A program made the translations under genes and the position numbers. The notes below the pieces were generated by a model that did no database searches, was not told the DNA's origin, and saw nothing but the letters and a program-made list of their open reading frames with translations. From an uncultured Clostridia bacterium (GTDB taxonomy: Bacteria > Bacillota > Clostridia > Oscillospirales > CAG-272), in the NCBI GenBank assembly GCA_944381075.1, contig CALWJT010000029.1, forward strand, positions 4,767 through 68,766: a stretch of DNA of 64,000 nucleotides, written 5' to 3'. This document shows positions 38,578-48,663 of this stretch, one piece after another (the first letter of the stretch is position 1; the number at the start of each line of letters is the position of its first letter).

Positions 38578-38607
38578 GTCTTTTTTCGTACTTTTTCCTT
38601 ATACTTT

Positions 38608-39489
38608 TTATCGATTTGCACGAGCATATATGACAGCATTTTCGGTAATTTTGCCGTCCTGATAAGAATACGGCTGCGTACACTGCTCATCATAATAGAA
38701 AGAATAATCCCCGTCTCCCGTGTCAAGCCCCACATAAATATTGGCTGGGACCGTAAAATGTCTTCCGCTTTTTTCTTCTCCGACGTATACAACATCAACG
38801 GAAATCGAGGGCTCCAGCGCCGCGACGGAACCAAACATATCCGCCTTTTCGTCAGAGCTTTGGAACGTTCTGGTACATATGGGATAGCACTCGCCGGAAG
38901 GCTCAAGGACAGAATATTCAATGGATAAAATAAGGTCATCCGGCGAGATAGTATACTTGGAGAGGATCTTATCCTGAAGATCGACTCCGAATTCCGCAAG
39001 ACTTGCCGCGCGCTGAGGCGTCAATTCGGATTGATATTCGACCACAGTATTTCCGTTTTCTGTTCTTGAGTACCGCTGGACCAGCGACTCTGCATCAAAC
39101 GGGAATTGCCCGGAAAGATATTCGCCGACGAAGTCCAAATACGTACTGCCGAGCAGCAGGACCGCACACATTCCCTCTCCCGCATCGGCAAAAACGGCGC
39201 CCTCATAGGCGTAAAGCCGGTAGTCACCGATCGTTTCACATACGTTGTAGCCAGAATAAATGTCCGAAGCGCGCTCATAGTAAATATCATAGGAAAAGCG
39301 CGGGCTGCCGTCTCTGTTGACATAAGATACCGTCTCCCGATAGGAGCTCATATCCCTATCCCCAATAAACAAATTCTCGATCTGATTGCCAAGCTGTATT
39401 TTGTATATGGAAACAGAAGCGCCGTCCGCACAAGACACAAGGCAAAAAACGACAAGAGCTGCCGTAAGTAAAGAGAGAACTCGTTTCAT
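38608..39489 (-). CDS. Putative lipoprotein of unknown function
   Basis: It has a signal peptide plus lipobox (MKRVLSLLTAALVVFCLVSC). The ATG at 39489 overlaps the rluA-family stop (ATGA). I recognise no domain. Confidence 0.7.
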   Translation of the reverse strand: MKRVLSLLTAALVVFCLVSCADGASVSIYKIQLGNQIENLFIGDRDMSSYRETVSYVNRDGSPRFSYDIYYERASDIYSGYNVCETIGDYRLYAYEGAVFADAGEGMCAVLLLGSTYLDFVGEYLSGQFPFDAESLVQRYSRTENGNTVVEYQSELTPQRAASLAEFGVDLQDKILSKYTISPDDLILSIEYSVLEPSGECYPICTRTFQSSDEKADMFGSVAALEPSISVDVVYVGEEKSGRHFTVPANIYVGLDTGDGDYSFYYDEQCTQPYSYQDGKITENAVIYARANR

Positions 39490-40211
39490 ATGCATTCCTT
39501 TCCGCCGCTTTGCGCGGCCTTTTCTTTATCCTCTGCCAAAGCCTCAAGAGAAAACATGCTCCATGGCCATGTCCGCTCCGGAAGGCAAAGAAACGCCATT
39601 TGCTTTTCTGCGGACGGATACGGAAACGTCAGACGGTAAGACCAGAGGGCAATCTCGCATTTGTCATGCGCGCCGTACTTTCCGTCCCCTGCAATCGGCA
39701 TGCCTCGGGCAGAAAGCTGCGCGCGGATTTGATGTGTCCTTCCGGTCGCAAGCCGGACCTTCAAAAGCGAAAAGACCTCTTCTCCCGCCGCCTTATCCAG
39801 CATTTCATAAGAAAGCGCCGCCGGCCTTGCATGTGGGTCTACACATGCTTGCCCCTTGGACATCGATCGGTTTTTTCTCTTATCATGAAGCAGGTAATCA
39901 AAATATTCTCCCGACGAAGGCTCCGGCACGCCATGAACGACCGCTGCATACTCTTTGACAAACAGTCCCTGCTCCATCATGCGGCCAAGCGATCCCGCAG
40001 CGCCGGCACTGCAGGCGAATACCATAAGTCCGCCGACCGCGCGGTCAAGCCGGTGGACAGGATATATCTTCCTTTGCAGCTGCTCCGACAAAATCTCCGG
40101 CATCGCCGGATCTCCCGTCATATCCGCCTGAGAAGGGATCCCGCAGGGTTTGATCACTACCGCAAGCTTTGGATCCGAATAAAGGACCTTGATGGCACAT
40201 TCCGATTTCAT
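39486..40211 (-). CDS. RluA-family pseudouridine synthase
   Basis: It has the catalytic motif HRLDRAVGGLMVFA and TGRTHQIRAQL. I chose ATG 40211 (MKSECAI...), which overlaps the clpE stop as ATGA. Confidence 0.88.
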   Translation of the reverse strand: MKSECAIKVLYSDPKLAVVIKPCGIPSQADMTGDPAMPEILSEQLQRKIYPVHRLDRAVGGLMVFACSAGAAGSLGRMMEQGLFVKEYAAVVHGVPEPSSGEYFDYLLHDKRKNRSMSKGQACVDPHARPAALSYEMLDKAAGEEVFSLLKVRLATGRTHQIRAQLSARGMPIAGDGKYGAHDKCEIALWSYRLTFPYPSAEKQMAFLCLPERTWPWSMFSLEALAEDKEKAAQSGGKECI

Positions 40212-42523
40212 TTTACATCGATACTCAGGCATCCGCCCGCGGCATCGACGGAAATTTCCGAAATATGCTTATCATAGCCGGAAATGATTTTTTCCGCCGC
40301 AACGTCCTCGATCTCTCTGCTGATAAAACGGCGCATATTCCTTGCCCCGTATTTTGTCGAAAAGGATTTTTCGGCAATATAGGCGGGCACAGCGTCTGTA
40401 TAGCGAAGAACGATCCCTTTCTCCCACAGGACCTTCGAAAGATCGCCGAGCATGATCTTTGCGATCTCGGCAAAATCTTTCTTATCCAAAGGACGGAAGG
40501 TAATGATTTCATCCACCCGATTGAGAAATTCCGGACGCAGAAATTCCGAAAGCGCCTTTTCCGTCCGGTTCTCCGCCGCCTTTGCGGAATCGCTTCCAAA
40601 GCCGGGGACGCTGGCCCCGCCCGACGAACCGGCATTCGTCGTCATCACAATGATGCAGTTGTCGAACTTGACTTCCTTCCCGTGAGAATCGGTGATTCTG
40701 CCGTCGTCGAGGATCTGAAGCAGGATATTCATGACGTCCGGATGCGCTTTCTCGATTTCATCAAAAAGAACGACCGAATACGGGTGCCGTCGGATTTTCT
40801 CCGTGAGCTGACCGGCATCGTCGTAGCCGACATAGCCGGGAGGCGAGCCTACCATGCGGGATACGGAATGCTTTTCCATGAACTCCGACATATCCAGCCG
40901 TATCAGCGCATCCGGCGTATGAAAAAGGTCCTGCGCCAGAACCTTGACAAGTTCCGTCTTTCCGACGCCGGTAGGTCCCGCGAAAATGAAGGAGGCGGGT
41001 TTTCTTTTGTAGGTCACGCCTGCACGGCTGCGCTTGATCGCGCGGCACACCGCATCCACCGCGGCATCCTGCCCTACGATCCGCTTTTTCAGGCGGTCTG
41101 CAAGTCCTGCGAGCCGCTCAAATTCGTTTGCCGTGATAGAGCCGGACGGGATTCCCGTCCAGATCTCGATGACGCGCGCAAGGTCCTCCAGCGTCAGCTC
41201 AATGGTCGCCATCTGCTCGCGAAGCTTTGCATATTCCTCTTCGTTTTTCATTTGGCTCGCCTTAATGGACGCGATTTTTTCGTAGCGTTCGGAAAGCGCT
41301 TTCTCGTCTGTTTCCGGCGGAGGCGTCTGCTGCTCGAGCTCGGCTGCGGCGGCGCTCAGACGGCCCAGCTCCGCCTCCACTGCCGAAACGCGGTCGAGAA
41401 CGGGAGAATTCATCGCCACATAAGCCGCCGCCTCGTCCAAAAGGTCGATGGCCTTGTCAGGCAAAAAGCGGTCCGTGATATATCGTTCGGAAAGCTCGAC
41501 CGCACGGTCGATCATTTCATCGGAAATGTGAATCTTATGATAGGTCTCATAGTATTTTTTGATGCCGGAAAGGATCTTTTTCGTCTCCTCAATCGAAGGC
41601 TCGTCGACCATCACCGGCTGAAAGCGGCGTTCGAGCGCAGAATCCTTCTCGATATATTTTCGGTATTCCGTAAGCGTGGTGGCGCCGATTAGCTGGATCT
41701 CGCCGCGGGAAAGCGCGGGCTTCAAAATATTGGCCGCATTCATGCTTCCTTCCGAATCTCCGACGCCGACGATGCTGTGGACCTCATCGATCACGAGAAT
41801 GATATTGCCAAGTGCCTTGACCTCGTCGATCAGTCCCTTCATTCGGCTCTCGAACTGTCCGCGGAACTGCGTTCCGGCGACAAGCGCCGTGAGATCCACC
41901 AGATGTACCTCTTTATCCTTCAGCTTATAAGGGACATTGCCCTCGGCGATGCGCTGTGCCAGCGCCTCGGCGATCGCCGTTTTTCCGACGCCCGGTTCGC
42001 CGATAAGACACGGATTGTTCTTCTGCCGGCGCGTCAGAATCTGCATGACGCGCGCCGTTTCCCGTTCCCTGCCGATGACCGCGTCAAGCCTGCCTTCTCT
42101 GGCATCCTTTGTTAGGTCACGGCAATAATTATCAAGATATTTTCGGCTCTTTTCGTCCTTTTTCGAGGACTTGTTCTTCTGTGCCCTCTCTTTTTCTGCG
42201 CGTCCCTTCTCCATTCCCGGCATCGGTCCGAGCGGAAGGTTTCCGAAGATTTTGGACAAATCCAAAGCGGGCGTCCGGCTTTCATGCTCGTCGTCGCCCT
42301 CCTCAGGCGTGCCGCCCGACGCGATGAGCCCCTCGATGTCGTTTTCCATGTTTTCGAGGTCGTCGTCTGAAATCCCCATATTGGATAAAATAGAATCCAC
42401 CTGCGGGATCCCAAGCTCCTTCGCACATTTCAGGCACAGTCCCTCATTTTTGGTTTCATTATTTTCGATTTTTGTAATAAACAATACCGCCATTCTTTTA
42501 TGGCATCTTGAACACATCTGCAT
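40208..42523 (-). CDS. clpE: ATP-dependent Clp protease ATP-binding subunit ClpE-type (N-terminal zinc ribbon, two AAA+ modules)
   Basis: 771 aa. The N-terminal CSRC-x22-CLKC has the CX2CX22CX2C spacing described for ClpE. Two Walker A sites are present (GEPGVGKT and GPTGVGKT), along with a middle coiled-coil and a ClpA/B C-terminal domain. Confidence 0.88.
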   Translation of the reverse strand: MQMCSRCHKRMAVLFITKIENNETKNEGLCLKCAKELGIPQVDSILSNMGISDDDLENMENDIEGLIASGGTPEEGDDEHESRTPALDLSKIFGNLPLGPMPGMEKGRAEKERAQKNKSSKKDEKSRKYLDNYCRDLTKDAREGRLDAVIGRERETARVMQILTRRQKNNPCLIGEPGVGKTAIAEALAQRIAEGNVPYKLKDKEVHLVDLTALVAGTQFRGQFESRMKGLIDEVKALGNIILVIDEVHSIVGVGDSEGSMNAANILKPALSRGEIQLIGATTLTEYRKYIEKDSALERRFQPVMVDEPSIEETKKILSGIKKYYETYHKIHISDEMIDRAVELSERYITDRFLPDKAIDLLDEAAAYVAMNSPVLDRVSAVEAELGRLSAAAAELEQQTPPPETDEKALSERYEKIASIKASQMKNEEEYAKLREQMATIELTLEDLARVIEIWTGIPSGSITANEFERLAGLADRLKKRIVGQDAAVDAVCRAIKRSRAGVTYKRKPASFIFAGPTGVGKTELVKVLAQDLFHTPDALIRLDMSEFMEKHSVSRMVGSPPGYVGYDDAGQLTEKIRRHPYSVVLFDEIEKAHPDVMNILLQILDDGRITDSHGKEVKFDNCIIVMTTNAGSSGGASVPGFGSDSAKAAENRTEKALSEFLRPEFLNRVDEIITFRPLDKKDFAEIAKIMLGDLSKVLWEKGIVLRYTDAVPAYIAEKSFSTKYGARNMRRFISREIEDVAAEKIISGYDKHISEISVDAAGGCLSIDVK

Positions 42524-42542
42524 AATCTATTCCTCTCAAGAT

Positions 42543-43217
42543 TTAATTGAATATCAGGTTAATCAGCATGAACAAATACGTGATCGGATTGATTTTCGTA
42601 CACAGCTTCACAACAAAGGAGTCAGCCATTTCCGAAACAAAAACGGTCGGCCACCTGTCGCTCAAAAACGGAAGCGCAAAATTGACGAAGACATTGGATA
42701 TCATCCACGTCCAGAAAAAGCCGTTCAAAAGACCGATAAGGCATCCGAGCAGCCCATTCGCCTGCCGGATGACCGGCGTTCTGCTCACGATCATATCGAG
42801 GATCCAGAGCAAAAGCTTCAGAATAAGGACCGTCACAAGGAAAACCACAACAAAGCCAATTATGGAAGCAAGCAGCTCCGCGATATAATTGTTGAGGATC
42901 GCCTCCATCGTCTCAGAAATGCCTTCCGAGCCCTCCCCCGCGCTTTGTTCCGAAATATACTGAACAATGGCGCTCACCTTGTCAAGGAAGGTGGCATCAG
43001 CGGGAAGTGCCGGCATTTCTACGTCCGTTATCATATTTTGAAGGAACGGCAGGGTGATGATCGTTTTTGCGATCAGCCGATAAAGCGAATTTGCCACGGC
43101 AAAGGACAGGATATAGGTGACAAAGCCCCTCAGAGCGCGGACAAAGCCCCGCTTCCATCCGATCACCACGCAGGCGGCAAGAACGGCAATCAGTAAAATA
43201 TCCAATAAAATAGACAT
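42543..43217 (-). CDS. cvpA: CvpA family membrane protein
   Basis: 224 aa with four TM helices. The N-terminus, MSILLDILLIAVLAACVVIGWKRGFVRAL, is typical of CvpA. Confidence 0.78.
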   Translation of the reverse strand: MSILLDILLIAVLAACVVIGWKRGFVRALRGFVTYILSFAVANSLYRLIAKTIITLPFLQNMITDVEMPALPADATFLDKVSAIVQYISEQSAGEGSEGISETMEAILNNYIAELLASIIGFVVVFLVTVLILKLLLWILDMIVSRTPVIRQANGLLGCLIGLLNGFFWTWMISNVFVNFALPFLSDRWPTVFVSEMADSFVVKLCTKINPITYLFMLINLIFN

Positions 43218-43236
43218 GGAAAAACCTCGCTTTCAT

Positions 43237-44418
43237 TTAAGGGATCCATCGCTTGGCTCCGGAAGCATAGCAAAGCAGCACGCTCCCGTCGTCAAGCAAA
43301 AACAAATCGAGCACGCCCTCGTCCACCTGACATTGGGTAGCAGCATCCGATGATGTATCGCAAAGATAGAGGGTCGCTTCGGAGATGCAGCAGACGAGCC
43401 CGTCATAGTAATCTATGTCAAACGCAGTCCGCTCCAAGGAAAATTCCGCTTTTCTGTCTCCCGTGCCCGAAAAAACGGCAATTTGAGAAGAGGATGTCAG
43501 AATCGCGACGTCGCGCCCGTCCGTGCTGTATCGAAAGGAACCGGCAGGAATTGCCTGCTGAGATATTTTTTCTCCGCCGGCACGATAGAAAGAAATCGAC
43601 CCGTCAACCGCTGCAAAGAATCCGCCTCCGGAGAAAAATTCAACACAGACCGGCATTTTTCCAGGAAATTGCTCCGTCGTCAGCAGCCGGTCCGTCCTGA
43701 TGTTCTTGACCGCCAGCTCCGTGTAATAAGAACCGGAGGAAAAAGAGAGCAGCAGCACAGCAACCGATTTTCCGTCTGGCGAAATGGCAAGATCAAACAC
43801 GACGCCGTTTTCTATCGTCCACATATACGCCGGTTGGAATTCAGAATTATAAACCAAAACCGAAGCACCGGAGCCTTCCGTCACCGATACGGCAAAGGCG
43901 CCGTTTTCCGCAACCGCAGCCGTCCCGATCGGAGACTCCGTCGTCTGGGCATGGACCTGTGCGAAGGAATGGTATAGTGTCAGGCTCCGAGACCCCGGAG
44001 CGTATACCGCCATATATTTGCCGGAGGTGTCTACCGTCGCTTTTCCCTCCGCAGAGGTTCGGAAAAGCACCTCGCCGGAGGGATGATACAAGCAGACGCT
44101 CCCATCTCCCGCGACAGCAAGGTTTTCCTCGTAAAGCGCAAATGCCGTACTGCTGTTCGCTGTGTATACGATATTGGAATATGGATTTTCAGCGGCCGAG
44201 GCGCCAAGTCCGGCAGATTGGAGCAAATACCGGAAGTTTTCCGCTTTGAGCGCGCTGTGCCCGGTTATCAGCGCCGCAATCAGGAATATGACAAGCAGGA
44301 CCAGAACGATTCGAACGGCGATATGATATTTATCTGCCAATTTTTTATAATAAATACCGCTTTCGGTCAAATTTTCCGGAGCGACTGCCGGTTTTTTTCT
44401 TTTCCCTCTGATGCGCAC
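43237..44418 (-). CDS. Membrane-anchored protein of unknown function (basic N-terminus, one TM helix, beta-rich ectodomain; possibly DUF5711-like)
   Basis: I propose the GTG at 44418, 8 nt after AGGAGG (VRIRGKRKKP...), which avoids the overlap with truA seen in the track ORF (44484). The TM helix is IAVRIVLVLLVIFLIAALITG. The remainder has a repetitive beta-strand-like pattern. The family assignment is from memory only. Confidence 0.6.
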   Translation of the reverse strand: MRIRGKRKKPAVAPENLTESGIYYKKLADKYHIAVRIVLVLLVIFLIAALITGHSALKAENFRYLLQSAGLGASAAENPYSNIVYTANSSTAFALYEENLAVAGDGSVCLYHPSGEVLFRTSAEGKATVDTSGKYMAVYAPGSRSLTLYHSFAQVHAQTTESPIGTAAVAENGAFAVSVTEGSGASVLVYNSEFQPAYMWTIENGVVFDLAISPDGKSVAVLLLSFSSGSYYTELAVKNIRTDRLLTTEQFPGKMPVCVEFFSGGGFFAAVDGSISFYRAGGEKISQQAIPAGSFRYSTDGRDVAILTSSSQIAVFSGTGDRKAEFSLERTAFDIDYYDGLVCCISEATLYLCDTSSDAATQCQVDEGVLDLFLLDDGSVLLCYASGAKRWIP

Positions 44419-44432
44419 CGGCACCCCTCCTC

Positions 44433-45188
44433 TCAATCGCAGAATCCCGCACGAATAAATACTCGGTTCAAATACAGTCCGCACGCGGACGCCGTCCGGC
44501 CTGCCCGCTCTCTTTTTCCATCCTCCAGAATCGACGGAAGCGCATTTGCGGCGATCCGCCCTTCCGACAGCTCGAGCAGCGTCCCCACAAGGATCCTTAC
44601 CATATTATATAAAAATCCGTCCGCAGAAACATAGATTTTTACAAAACCGTCGTCCCTTGCCACTCTAAAATCCGTTATGGTCCTTACAGTATCTTCGATT
44701 TCGCTCCCGCTCGCCATGAATGCGCGAAAGTCATGAGAGCCGAGAAAATACGGCAGTCCCTCTTCTATTTTCCGGCAGTCGAGCCGCTGCGGATAGAACA
44801 GCGCGCGGTCCGCATAAAAGGGATTTCGGTATTCTCCATTCCAAATAAGATACAAGTATTCTTTTCCGGTCACTGCGCGCCGAATGGAAAAATCCTCCGG
44901 GACACGCATGCTCTGCGATACCGTAATATCGCGAGGCAGGTACGTATTGATCGCTCTTGGCACCGCTTCCTCCGGGATTTCCGAGCCGCTGTGCTCCTCG
45001 AGCACCGCATAGTATTCAAGCGCATGCACGCCGCTGTCCGTACGGCTGCATCCCGTGATGCCGCAGGCGGTGGAGAAAAGCTTTGTCGCGGCGTTCTGCA
45101 GCTCCGCCTGTATCGTATTCCCATTCGGCTGGACCTGAAAGCCGCAATAATTCGTGCCGAGATAGGAGAGCCGCAATAGGTGTTTCAT
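44433..45188 (-). CDS. truA: tRNA pseudouridine(38-40) synthase TruA
   Basis: 251 aa. The product reads MKHLLRLSYLGTNYCGFQVQPN...RTDSGVHA (catalytic Asp) and lies downstream of the ecf genes, as is usual in Firmicutes. Confidence 0.95.
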   Translation of the reverse strand: MKHLLRLSYLGTNYCGFQVQPNGNTIQAELQNAATKLFSTACGITGCSRTDSGVHALEYYAVLEEHSGSEIPEEAVPRAINTYLPRDITVSQSMRVPEDFSIRRAVTGKEYLYLIWNGEYRNPFYADRALFYPQRLDCRKIEEGLPYFLGSHDFRAFMASGSEIEDTVRTITDFRVARDDGFVKIYVSADGFLYNMVRILVGTLLELSEGRIAANALPSILEDGKRERAGRTASACGLYLNRVFIRAGFCD

Positions 45189-45202
45189 AGATGTCCTCCA
45201 GG

Positions 45203-46024
45203 TTAAATCGTATAAACGGGTAAATATATATTCAGCAGCACGATTCCCGCCACTGTGAAGCAGACAAAAAGTGTAAAGAGAAAATCATGCGCCTTCAGAT
45301 GAAGCACAGTCATCCGAGTCCTGCCCTTGCCGCCTCGGTAACAGCGGCATTCCATCGCCGTTGCAAGCTCCTCCGCGCGGCGGAACGAAGAAATAAAAAG
45401 CGGGATCAGAACGGGGATCAGCGATTTTGCCTTTTTGATCAAATTGCCGGATTCAAAATCCGCGCCTCGCGCCTTTTGCGCATTCATGATCTTCTCCGTC
45501 TCCTCAATCAGCGTCGGAATAAAACGAAGTGCGATGGTCATCATCATTGCAAATTCATGCACCGGCACCTTGATCGCACGAAGCGGAGACAAAAGCCGTT
45601 CGATCGCATCCGTCAATGCGATAGGCGAGGTGGTATAGGTCAGCAGGACGCTGGTCCCCGCCATGAGAAGGATGATACGCAGCGCCATTGCCGCCGCCCG
45701 GATCACACCCTCTTTATAGACGGTGATCTTCCAGATCGTGAACAGCGGTGTCGTGCCCCCGTTCCAGAAAATATTGATAAGCGCTGTGATGATCAGCACA
45801 ATGAGAAGAGGCTTCAGGCTTTTCAGAATGGTCCTGACCGGAATTTTGGATACCGCGACGAGAAATACCGTAAAAAGCACCACCAGCGCATAGGCAGTGA
45901 CGCCCTTTGCGAGAAAGATCATTACAATATATACGACGGCAAGTATCAGCTTGATCCTGGGATCGAGTCTGTGAAGAATGGAATTTCCGGGGAAAAACTG
46001 ACCGAGCGTTATATCCTTTAGCAT
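45203..46024 (-). CDS. ecfT: Energy-coupling factor transporter transmembrane protein EcfT
   Basis: 273 aa. It has LDPRIKL near the N-terminus and coupling-helix motifs (ALRFIP..., ARG). It follows two EcfA genes. Confidence 0.92.
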   Translation of the reverse strand: MLKDITLGQFFPGNSILHRLDPRIKLILAVVYIVMIFLAKGVTAYALVVLFTVFLVAVSKIPVRTILKSLKPLLIVLIITALINIFWNGGTTPLFTIWKITVYKEGVIRAAAMALRIILLMAGTSVLLTYTTSPIALTDAIERLLSPLRAIKVPVHEFAMMMTIALRFIPTLIEETEKIMNAQKARGADFESGNLIKKAKSLIPVLIPLFISSFRRAEELATAMECRCYRGGKGRTRMTVLHLKAHDFLFTLFVCFTVAGIVLLNIYLPVYTI

Positions 46025-46881
46025 GCGGCATCACCCCCGACAAGGCGTTCCACCTCTGCCTTCGCCTGCTCAACGGTATATATGTCCGTGCGCACGTCAT
46101 ATCCGCGCCGGCGAAGCTCCCGCATCAGCTTTGTCACCTGCGGAACGGAAAGCCCCACGCGCTCCAAGACCTCCGCCTGTCCGAAGATCTCGGCCGGCGT
46201 CCCATAAAGGAACGGCTTTGCCTCATTCATTACCAGAATTTTATCGCAGTATGCCGCCATATCCTCCATGCTGTGGCTGATCATAAGAACGGTAGAATCC
46301 GTTTTTTTCTGATATTCGACGATCCTCGATAGGATCTCGTCCCTGCCGCGCGGATCCAGTCCCGCCGCCGGTTCGTCGAGGATCAGAATCCTCGGACGCA
46401 TCGCCATCACGCCGGCGATCGCCACGCGCCGCTTTTGTCCTCCGGAAAGATCGAACGGAGATTTTTCAAAAAAATCCGGTGTAAGTCCGACAAGCTCCGC
46501 CGCCGTGCGGACGCGGCGGTCGATCTCCGACTCATCCAGCCCCATGTTTTTCGGGCCAAAGGCGATGTCCTTGTATACGGTTTCCTCAAACAGCTGATAT
46601 TCCGGATATTGGAATACCAGTCCGACCGTAAAGCGGACCTGTCTGATTTTTTTCGGCTCTTCCCATATGTCTTTCCCCTCGACCGATACCGTTCCGGATG
46701 TCGGCTTTAAAAGTCCGTTGAGAAGCTGGGATACGGTCGATTTTCCGGAACCGGTATGCCCAATGATGCCCGTTATGATTTTTTCTTCAAAGGTGATATC
46801 GATATCATTGACAGCGACCTTGCGAAACGGTGTGTTTTCGCTGTAAATATAAGATACTCCGCGTAATTCTGCTGCGTTCAT
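46018..46881 (-). CDS. ecfA2: Energy-coupling factor transporter ATPase EcfA2
   Basis: It has GHTGSGKST, LSGGQKRRVAIAGV and LILDEPAAGLD motifs. It overlaps ecfA1 (ATGA) and ecfT (7 nt). Confidence 0.92.
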   Translation of the reverse strand: MNAAELRGVSYIYSENTPFRKVAVNDIDITFEEKIITGIIGHTGSGKSTVSQLLNGLLKPTSGTVSVEGKDIWEEPKKIRQVRFTVGLVFQYPEYQLFEETVYKDIAFGPKNMGLDESEIDRRVRTAAELVGLTPDFFEKSPFDLSGGQKRRVAIAGVMAMRPRILILDEPAAGLDPRGRDEILSRIVEYQKKTDSTVLMISHSMEDMAAYCDKILVMNEAKPFLYGTPAEIFGQAEVLERVGLSVPQVTKLMRELRRRGYDVRTDIYTVEQAKAEVERLVGGDAAC

Positions 46882-47759
46882 GAATGTTCCTTTTTATTTC
46901 TTGTCTTTAAGATATAAGCCTCCACCGCATCCGCGCCCTCCGAAAAGGTGAGCGCGTCCGCCGGAAAATCAAAGCCATCCTTTCGGATTTCCAGCATCAG
47001 CTCCGTAACCTGCGGTACGTCAAGTCCCGCAGCCTTGACAGTATCCACCGCGGAAAAGACCTCCCGCGGCGTACCGTCCAGCACGATTTTCCCGTCGTCG
47101 ATGACGATCACACGGCCCGCCCGGATCGCTTCCTCCATATAATGCGTGATATGGATGACCGTCGTCCCGAATTCCCGGTTCAGCTTTTCAATGGTCGCAA
47201 GGATGTCCGCGCGGCCGCGCGGGTCCAGCATCGCCGTCGCTTCGTCGAAAATGATGACATCCGGACGCAGCGCAATGATTCCCGCAATTGCCACGCGCTG
47301 CTTCTGTCCGCCGGAAAGCTGATGCGGCGAGTGCTTGGCAAAGGCACGCATCCCGACGATATCCAAAGCATCGTCCACGCGTTTTCGGATTTCCGCCGGC
47401 GGGATCCCGAGATTTTCCGGGCCAAATGCGACATCCTCCTCCACAACCGTCGCGACAAGCTGATTGTCGGGATTCTGGAATACCATGCCGATCCTCTGGC
47501 GCAGCGCATACAGCGCGTCGTCGGACATTTCCTTCTCGTCGACCTTCTCTCCGAACAGAGAAAGAGTCCCGCCCGTCGGCGTCAAAATCAAATTGATAAG
47601 CTTTGCCAGTGTGCTTTTTCCGGAGCCGTTGTGTCCCAGCACGGCGACGAAGCTTCCCTTTTCGATTTCCAGATTCAAGTTTTCAATGACGGGGATTCGA
47701 TTCCCCTCCTCCTCATAGGCGAAGGAAAGATTCTCCGTCCGAATGATCGTTTCAGCCAT
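46878..47759 (-). CDS. ecfA1: Energy-coupling factor transporter ATPase EcfA1
   Basis: It has GHNGSGKST, LSGGQKQRVAIAGI and IIFDEATAMLD motifs. I chose ATG 47759 (MAETIIR, GGAG 6 nt upstream). Confidence 0.92.
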   Translation of the reverse strand: MAETIIRTENLSFAYEEEGNRIPVIENLNLEIEKGSFVAVLGHNGSGKSTLAKLINLILTPTGGTLSLFGEKVDEKEMSDDALYALRQRIGMVFQNPDNQLVATVVEEDVAFGPENLGIPPAEIRKRVDDALDIVGMRAFAKHSPHQLSGGQKQRVAIAGIIALRPDVIIFDEATAMLDPRGRADILATIEKLNREFGTTVIHITHYMEEAIRAGRVIVIDDGKIVLDGTPREVFSAVDTVKAAGLDVPQVTELMLEIRKDGFDFPADALTFSEGADAVEAYILKTRNKKEHS

Positions 47760-47767
47760 GTTTTCTC

Positions 47768-48631
47768 CTATTGCAGTTTTGTCCATCTTGCCGAAGCGCC
47801 GCACGGAAGAACGCCGCCCGTCTGTGCGACCGGAAGCCCGATTTCATCGGCAAGAACGAGCCCCCCTCGCTTTTTTTCCAGCTTGAGCTTCAAAAGATAT
47901 CCCATTGTAGACGGCGACAGGCCGGCCGTATAGGAATTCAAAAGAAAGAACAGCGGCGCATCGGACAGCACAGCCGCCGCAAGCTCGACAAAATCGCCGA
48001 TGCAGTCCTCAAGCTTCCAGACCTCGCCAGACGGCCCCCTGCCGTAGGAAGGCGGATCCATGATGATGGCATCGTACCGAATGCCTTTTTTGAGCGCGAC
48101 CTGCAAAAAGCGTGTACAGTCGTCCACGTAATACCGGATTTTTTCGCCGCAAAGACCGGAAAGCGCCGCATTCTCCTTTGCCAGGGCAACCATGTTCTTC
48201 GCCGCATCCACATGATAGACCTCGGCGCCCGCCGCCGCCGCGGCGACCGTCGCCCCTCCGGTATAGGCAAAAAGGTTCAGCACCCGCACCGGACGGTCCG
48301 CTGCGCGGATCTTTTCGGAAAACCAGTCCCAGTTGACCGCCTGTTCCGGAAAAAGGCCCGTATGCTTGAAGCCCATCGGCTTGATTTTGAACCGAAGCGC
48401 CCCGTATCCTATCTCCCAAGACGCCGGAACTTCCAGCTTCGTCCAGCGTCCGCCGCCGCCCTCTCTTGTATAGACGGCATCGGCGTCCTTCCAAAGCGAT
48501 GCTTTCCGTTCTCCCTTCCAGATCACCTGCGGGTCAGGACGCCGCAGGATATAATTCCCCCATTTTTCAAGCCGCTCGCCGTCCGAAGCGTCGCAAAGCG
48601 TATACTCCCGCCACTTATCTGCTGTCCACAT
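47768..48631 (-). CDS. Class I SAM-dependent methyltransferase (RlmI/RlmK-like)
   Basis: It has the SAM motif VLNLFAYTGGATVAAAAAGA and a DAIIMDPPSYGRG (DPP-type) motif. Confidence 0.8.
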   Translation of the reverse strand: MWTADKWREYTLCDASDGERLEKWGNYILRRPDPQVIWKGERKASLWKDADAVYTREGGGGRWTKLEVPASWEIGYGALRFKIKPMGFKHTGLFPEQAVNWDWFSEKIRAADRPVRVLNLFAYTGGATVAAAAAGAEVYHVDAAKNMVALAKENAALSGLCGEKIRYYVDDCTRFLQVALKKGIRYDAIIMDPPSYGRGPSGEVWKLEDCIGDFVELAAAVLSDAPLFFLLNSYTAGLSPSTMGYLLKLKLEKKRGGLVLADEIGLPVAQTGGVLPCGASARWTKLQ

Positions 48632-48663
48632 AATCCTCTAATTTTTCCTTCCCATTTTCCCGC

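Noticed and set aside
40208-42523. A Clp/Hsp100 ATPase with an unusual N-terminal CxxC...CxxC zinc ribbon replacing the ClpC N-domain, considered as a novel architecture.
   Set aside because: The CX2CX22CX2C spacing plus two AAA+ modules is the described ClpE architecture of Firmicutes, so it is known rather than novel.
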